Positions 59,901 through 64,000 of a DNA stretch of 64,000 bases are shown piece after piece. The DNA is from Mobula birostris (taxonomy: Eukaryota). Every line of letters begins with the position of its first letter. Positions within the stretch are counted from its first letter, which is position 1. The translations under genes and the position numbers were made by a program. The DNA is taken from contig NC_092376.1 in the NCBI RefSeq assembly GCF_030028105.1, forward strand, positions 69,488,935-69,552,934, read 5' to 3'. Below the pieces are notes generated by a model. That model was not told where the DNA came from and ran no database searches. It worked only from the letters and a program-made list of their open reading frames with translations.

Positions 59901-60944
59901 GTTTTTCAAATTCCCAAGTAGGTTCAGTTTTTATTTTTTTCCCTTCAGAAATATGCATTATTCATAACACTTGCAAATATAAAACATACCACATATCTAC
60001 CAATGAAAGTACAGGACTGATTACTATATTCATTTACGATACCAATATTACAGCAGTATATCTATACTTATGTTCCAGCTCCCACTGTTCAATGGCTGAA
60101 GGACTTAAACTGTGACACTTCCCCTTAAGGTCATCATGGTGGCCCTTGGCATGTGGTCTTGAATGTCTTCAACATTCAGTCACATCGAGACCCATGGGTT
60201 TTGGGCAATCAAGTTGAACCTTTCACCAAGTCAATGATCTTTTAAGAGCTCTTGATATTTATCTCAGCATGCTTCTGTGGAATATGGAGTTATACAAAAC
60301 TATGTGGCATGACACTCAACAAAGGCCGTTGTATGGCTTTCCAGACCTTTGTTTGCAAATCTATATTCCAGCATGAACATGGACGAGGGACTCACCCTGA
60401 CTGCAGCCATCTAGAAGAGAGCACAAGTCTAGCTGTGAACGATTGAATTTATAGGACGGGTCCTTCTCATCATCAGACACAAAATGCCTTGGTGCTTGCT
60501 TGGAAATTCTGGTATTGAGATATCATGACTTTGACATCTGCTCTGGGAACCAGCTGATGGATTAACCACCTTCTGGAGGATATTCCATGCAGACCATTGC
60601 CAGGCCCTCTCATTTGCTTTCATTAATAATGTTATTGAACTGAGCAATGTCAATTACATTACTATGCAGCTGGATTTATGTAAAGGTCAGACTGGATGAG
60701 GAATGCAGATTACCTCCCTAAAGAACAATAGAAAACTAGATTGCTTTTTGTGACACAAATGCAATTACATCATCGAGATTACTAATTCAAATCTTTTAAT
60801 TCCAGATCTATTTAAATGATTTTAAATCATCATCTTCTGCAGTGACATTTGTTCTCACACCTAAATACCATGTATCTAGGTTCCTTGACCAGTGACAGCT
60901 AGCTACCATAGCCCCAAGTAGATGCATTTAATGGTTTTAGGTGT

Positions 60945-61265
60945 CAGTGGAGTAGTTACATTACTGAACTTGCATCCTGAGACCTACAGTGACAATTCAA
61001 AGATTTGCAGATGACCATGGCTGCTATGCAATTTGTTTGCTTAATAATCCACAATAAAATTAATACTCATGAGTAATGATGATTACAAGCCTACTAAAGC
61101 CTACACACACCCACTGAAAGATATCTGTCATCCATGCCTGATCTGGCCTATTTGTGACTCCAGACTTATCAAGGTGGGAGACTCTTACTCTGAAAGGCCT
61201 AGCAAGGGTAATTAGGGATGGGCAATAAATGCCGGTCTTGGAAGTGAGGCACAGATTTTGAGAAT
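60945..61265 (+). repeat. Old SINE-like repeat
   Basis: atctggcctatttgtgactccagac...ggtaattagggatgggcaataaatgcc. Related to 9430-9755. Confidence 0.55.
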
Positions 61266-62113
61266 TCTTCAGTAGCAGTCCTGCTTAATATAGAGCTAAT
61301 AAACTGACCCCTACTTCTTCTGTTCCACCTTTGCCCCAAACCCTTGCTGCCTGAATACTGTATGTCCTATTTTTGCTGCTCTGTTCAGTTAATATCTGAT
61401 TCCAGATATTTTTTTTAAAAATCAAAATAACTATTCTCTCCCTTCAAAACTGAAATTCAAACCAGACAGCCTAGGTAATAATCTTCATGATTGATGCATG
61501 GAGAGATAGCTCAAAAATTCCTCCAAATCCACTAAACCAACATCAGTGTCTTCTCCCTAACCATCATCCATCACTGAGGTCACAGATACTCTCACCTGGA
61601 TTACAGATCATATTATTCATATACCAGCAAGGGAGTCACAATACAGAAGCCTCTCTAACCACTGTCATGACAAGAAATTAGCTGGTGGTACAGGAAATGA
61701 TTCAAGAATTTTCTCAAACCCTCCCACTGATTCATGGGAATCCTTGGCCTATGACCAATTATAAATGAGAAAGATGCTTTGGAATGGTACTGTGAATTTC
61801 AAGCTCGTGGGTCAGGAGCACACTGGAGCCCAATATACTTGGCGGTGGAGGTGTACACCTCACAAGCTTATCTGCCTATTCTGTTAGCACCTCCTATATC
61901 ACTGCGGCAGAGGTGATGCTTCCCATTTTGGCCTCATCAACCATGACGCCTCTTGTGCCTCCCTCACCATTCCATAGCTTAAATAAAGCTTATTAAGAAT
62001 GTCAGAATAGTGGCATAGACACCTCAGCACCACAGAACTAGAATGGATGAAATGCTACCCTCATTGTGAAGGGATGAAGAGGAAGAGACTCGGATATTTT
62101 GTCCATGGATCAT

Positions 62114-62887
62114 GACTCGGAGGGGCAGAGTGAAGTCGAGATGGTGCTAAGCGGCGACTCCTTTGCTTGCATCTTCAGAAACAGCTCTATTTCTATCTTT
62201 GATATCTCTTTTTTTCCCTTTTCATTTGAAGACTCTGCGCTAGAGTTACACTCTGATTTTGGTTCTTTGCGGGATCCACTCTCAGGGCCTCACGACAGCC
62301 GCTTTTTGATATCCCAAGGATGTGGCCTGGAAGACTAGTGCACCTACAGGGGTCCAGATTTGTGTGGCTCTGGAGATGTGCTGATTCTAGGCCGGTGCCC
62401 CACGGAACACTGGGAGCTGCCATGGGTTGTGTCTCCGAAGAGCGGTGCTTTTCTGGGGCCGACTCTCTGGGCACAGAGCTCGGAAAAAGTGACACAAAAG
62501 ACTTCTAACATTATAAATCAGCGAGTTATTTATTTTGTCTCCCCTCTCACTGTGAAACAGCAACACCTCTTTTTTCCCCTTATTAAGGAGAGAGAGAAAG
62601 CCTGTGGTATGTAAAATTACTGGGTAAATGAGTAATCTTTGGGGTACTGCAAGTCTGTATCTTTATTGATGCCTTGCTGCATGCTTGAGCGCTCAGTGCA
62701 GGGCACTGATGGTCTTTTGCTGGTGGGGGGGTGGGTAGGTGGGTAGTCGTTGCCTTGCTGCTGCTTGTGCGTGGGAATGGGGAGCTGGGGAGGCGCTTTG
62801 GGCTTCTAACGTTTAGCTGTCATTCATTCTTAGGGGTACCCCTCTGTTTTTGTGGATGCTTACAAAGAAAAAGACTTTCAGGATGTA
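62114..62887 (+). mobile_element. CpG-rich non-coding interspersed element, cut at its 3' end by the Tc1
   Basis: Sharp GC/CpG rise, head AGATGGTG, no credible ORF. Ends at the TA preceding the Tc1 TIR. Confidence 0.55.
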
Positions 62888-64000
62888 CAGTGGCATGCAA
62901 AAGTTTGGGCACCCCGGTCAAAATTTCTGTTACTGTGAATAAATAAGTGAGTAGAAGATGAACTGATCTCCAAAAGTCATAAAGTTAAAGATGAAGCATT
63001 TTTTTCAACATTTTAAGCAAGATTAGTGTATTATTTTTGTCTTGTACAATTTTAGAGTGAGAAAAAAGGAAAAGAGCACCATGCAAAAGTTTGGGCACCC
63101 TAAGAGCTTTGAGCTCTCAGATAACTTTTACCAAGGTTTCAGACCTTAATTAGCTTGTTAGGGCTATGGCTTGTTCACAGTCATCGTTAGGAAAGGCCAG
63201 GTGATGCAAATTTCAAAGCTTTATAAATACCCTGACTCCCCAAACCTTGTCCCAACAATCAGCAGCCATGGGCTCCTCTAAGCAGCTGCCTAGCACTCTA
63301 AAAAATTAAAATAAATGATGCCCACAAAGCAGGAAAAGGCTATAAGATAGCAAAGTGTTTTCAGGTAGCCGTTTCCTCAGTTTGTAATGTAATTAAGAAA
63401 TAGCAGTTAACAGAAATGGTGGAGGTCAAGTTGAGGTCTGGAAGACCAAGGAAACTTTCCGAGAGAACTGCTCGTAGAGTTGCTAGAAAGGCAAATCAAA
63501 AGCCCCATTTGACTGCAAAAGACCTTCAGGAAGATTTAGCAGACTCTGGAGTGGTGGTGCACTGTTCTACTGTGCAGTGACACCTGCACAAATATGATCT
63601 TCATGGAAGAGTCATCAGAAGAAAACCTTTCCTGCATCCTCACCACAAGTTTCAGTGTCAGAAGCTTGCAAAGGAATATCTAAACAAGCCGAATGCATTT
63701 TGGAAACAAGTCCTGTGAACTGACGAAGTTAAAATAGAAATTCTTGGCCTCAATGAGCCTATGTTTGGAGAAAAAAGGGGGCTGAATTTCATGAAAAGAC
63801 CACCATTCCAACTGTTAAGCATGAGGGTGGATCGATCATGCTTTGGGCTTGTGTTGCAGCCAGTGGCATGGGGAACATTTCACTGGTAGAGAGAAGAATG
63901 AATTCAATTACATACCAGCAAATTCTGGAAGTAAACATCACACCGTCTGTATAAAAGCTGAAGATGAAAAGAGAATGGCTTCTACAACAGGATAATGATC
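62888..64000 (+). mobile_element. Tc1-family (IR/DR type) DNA transposon, transposase pseudogene, continues beyond the window
   Basis: TA|CAGTGGCATGCAAAAGTTTGGGCACCC with an inner direct repeat at 63080-63100. ATG at 63268 (MGSSKQLP...GKGYK), SGRPRK, xTDEVKIE, PTVKHEGGSIMLWAC, LQQDND. Frameshifts and stops present. Confidence 0.93.

Noticed and set aside
1-64000. CRISPR arrays, operons, rRNA, or endogenous non-retroviral virus genes
   Set aside because: No regularly spaced repeat-spacer array, rRNA-like tract or viral hallmark protein was seen. All long ORFs are explained by eukaryotic transposons.

Overview
Vertebrate nuclear DNA, most likely from a cartilaginous fish (ray or shark). This is inferred from the repeat content: V-SINE/HE1-like SINEs, abundant CR1, Rex1/Babar and Penelope-like fragments. 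Almost all long ORFs in the track are transposon relics. The best host-gene model is the last three coding exons of an unidentified + strand gene (<1-52, 155-219, 49619-49671, AATAAA at 50059). Its ~49.4 kb terminal intron holds most of the repeats. The main structure is a nested stack at ~14.8-38.9 kb: a Rex1 LINE is interrupted by Gypsy element A, which contains Gmr1-like element C, which contains antisense Gmr1-like element D. A also hosts a CR1, a mariner MITE, solo LTR B, an RTE-type SINE split by solo LTR E, a Penelope fragment and a Chapaev3-like transposon. That transposon has RAG1/Transib-like core motifs and bipartite ends whose spacing differs by 10 bp. Also present: a full-length RTE LINE with a templated copy of neighbouring DNA in its 5' UTR, a 5'-truncated L1 with a 14-bp TSD, degenerate Penelope-type hammerhead ribozyme motifs, and a Tc1 at the right edge. 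No tRNA, rRNA or CRISPR features were seen. All family names come from motif recognition by eye, not from database searches.
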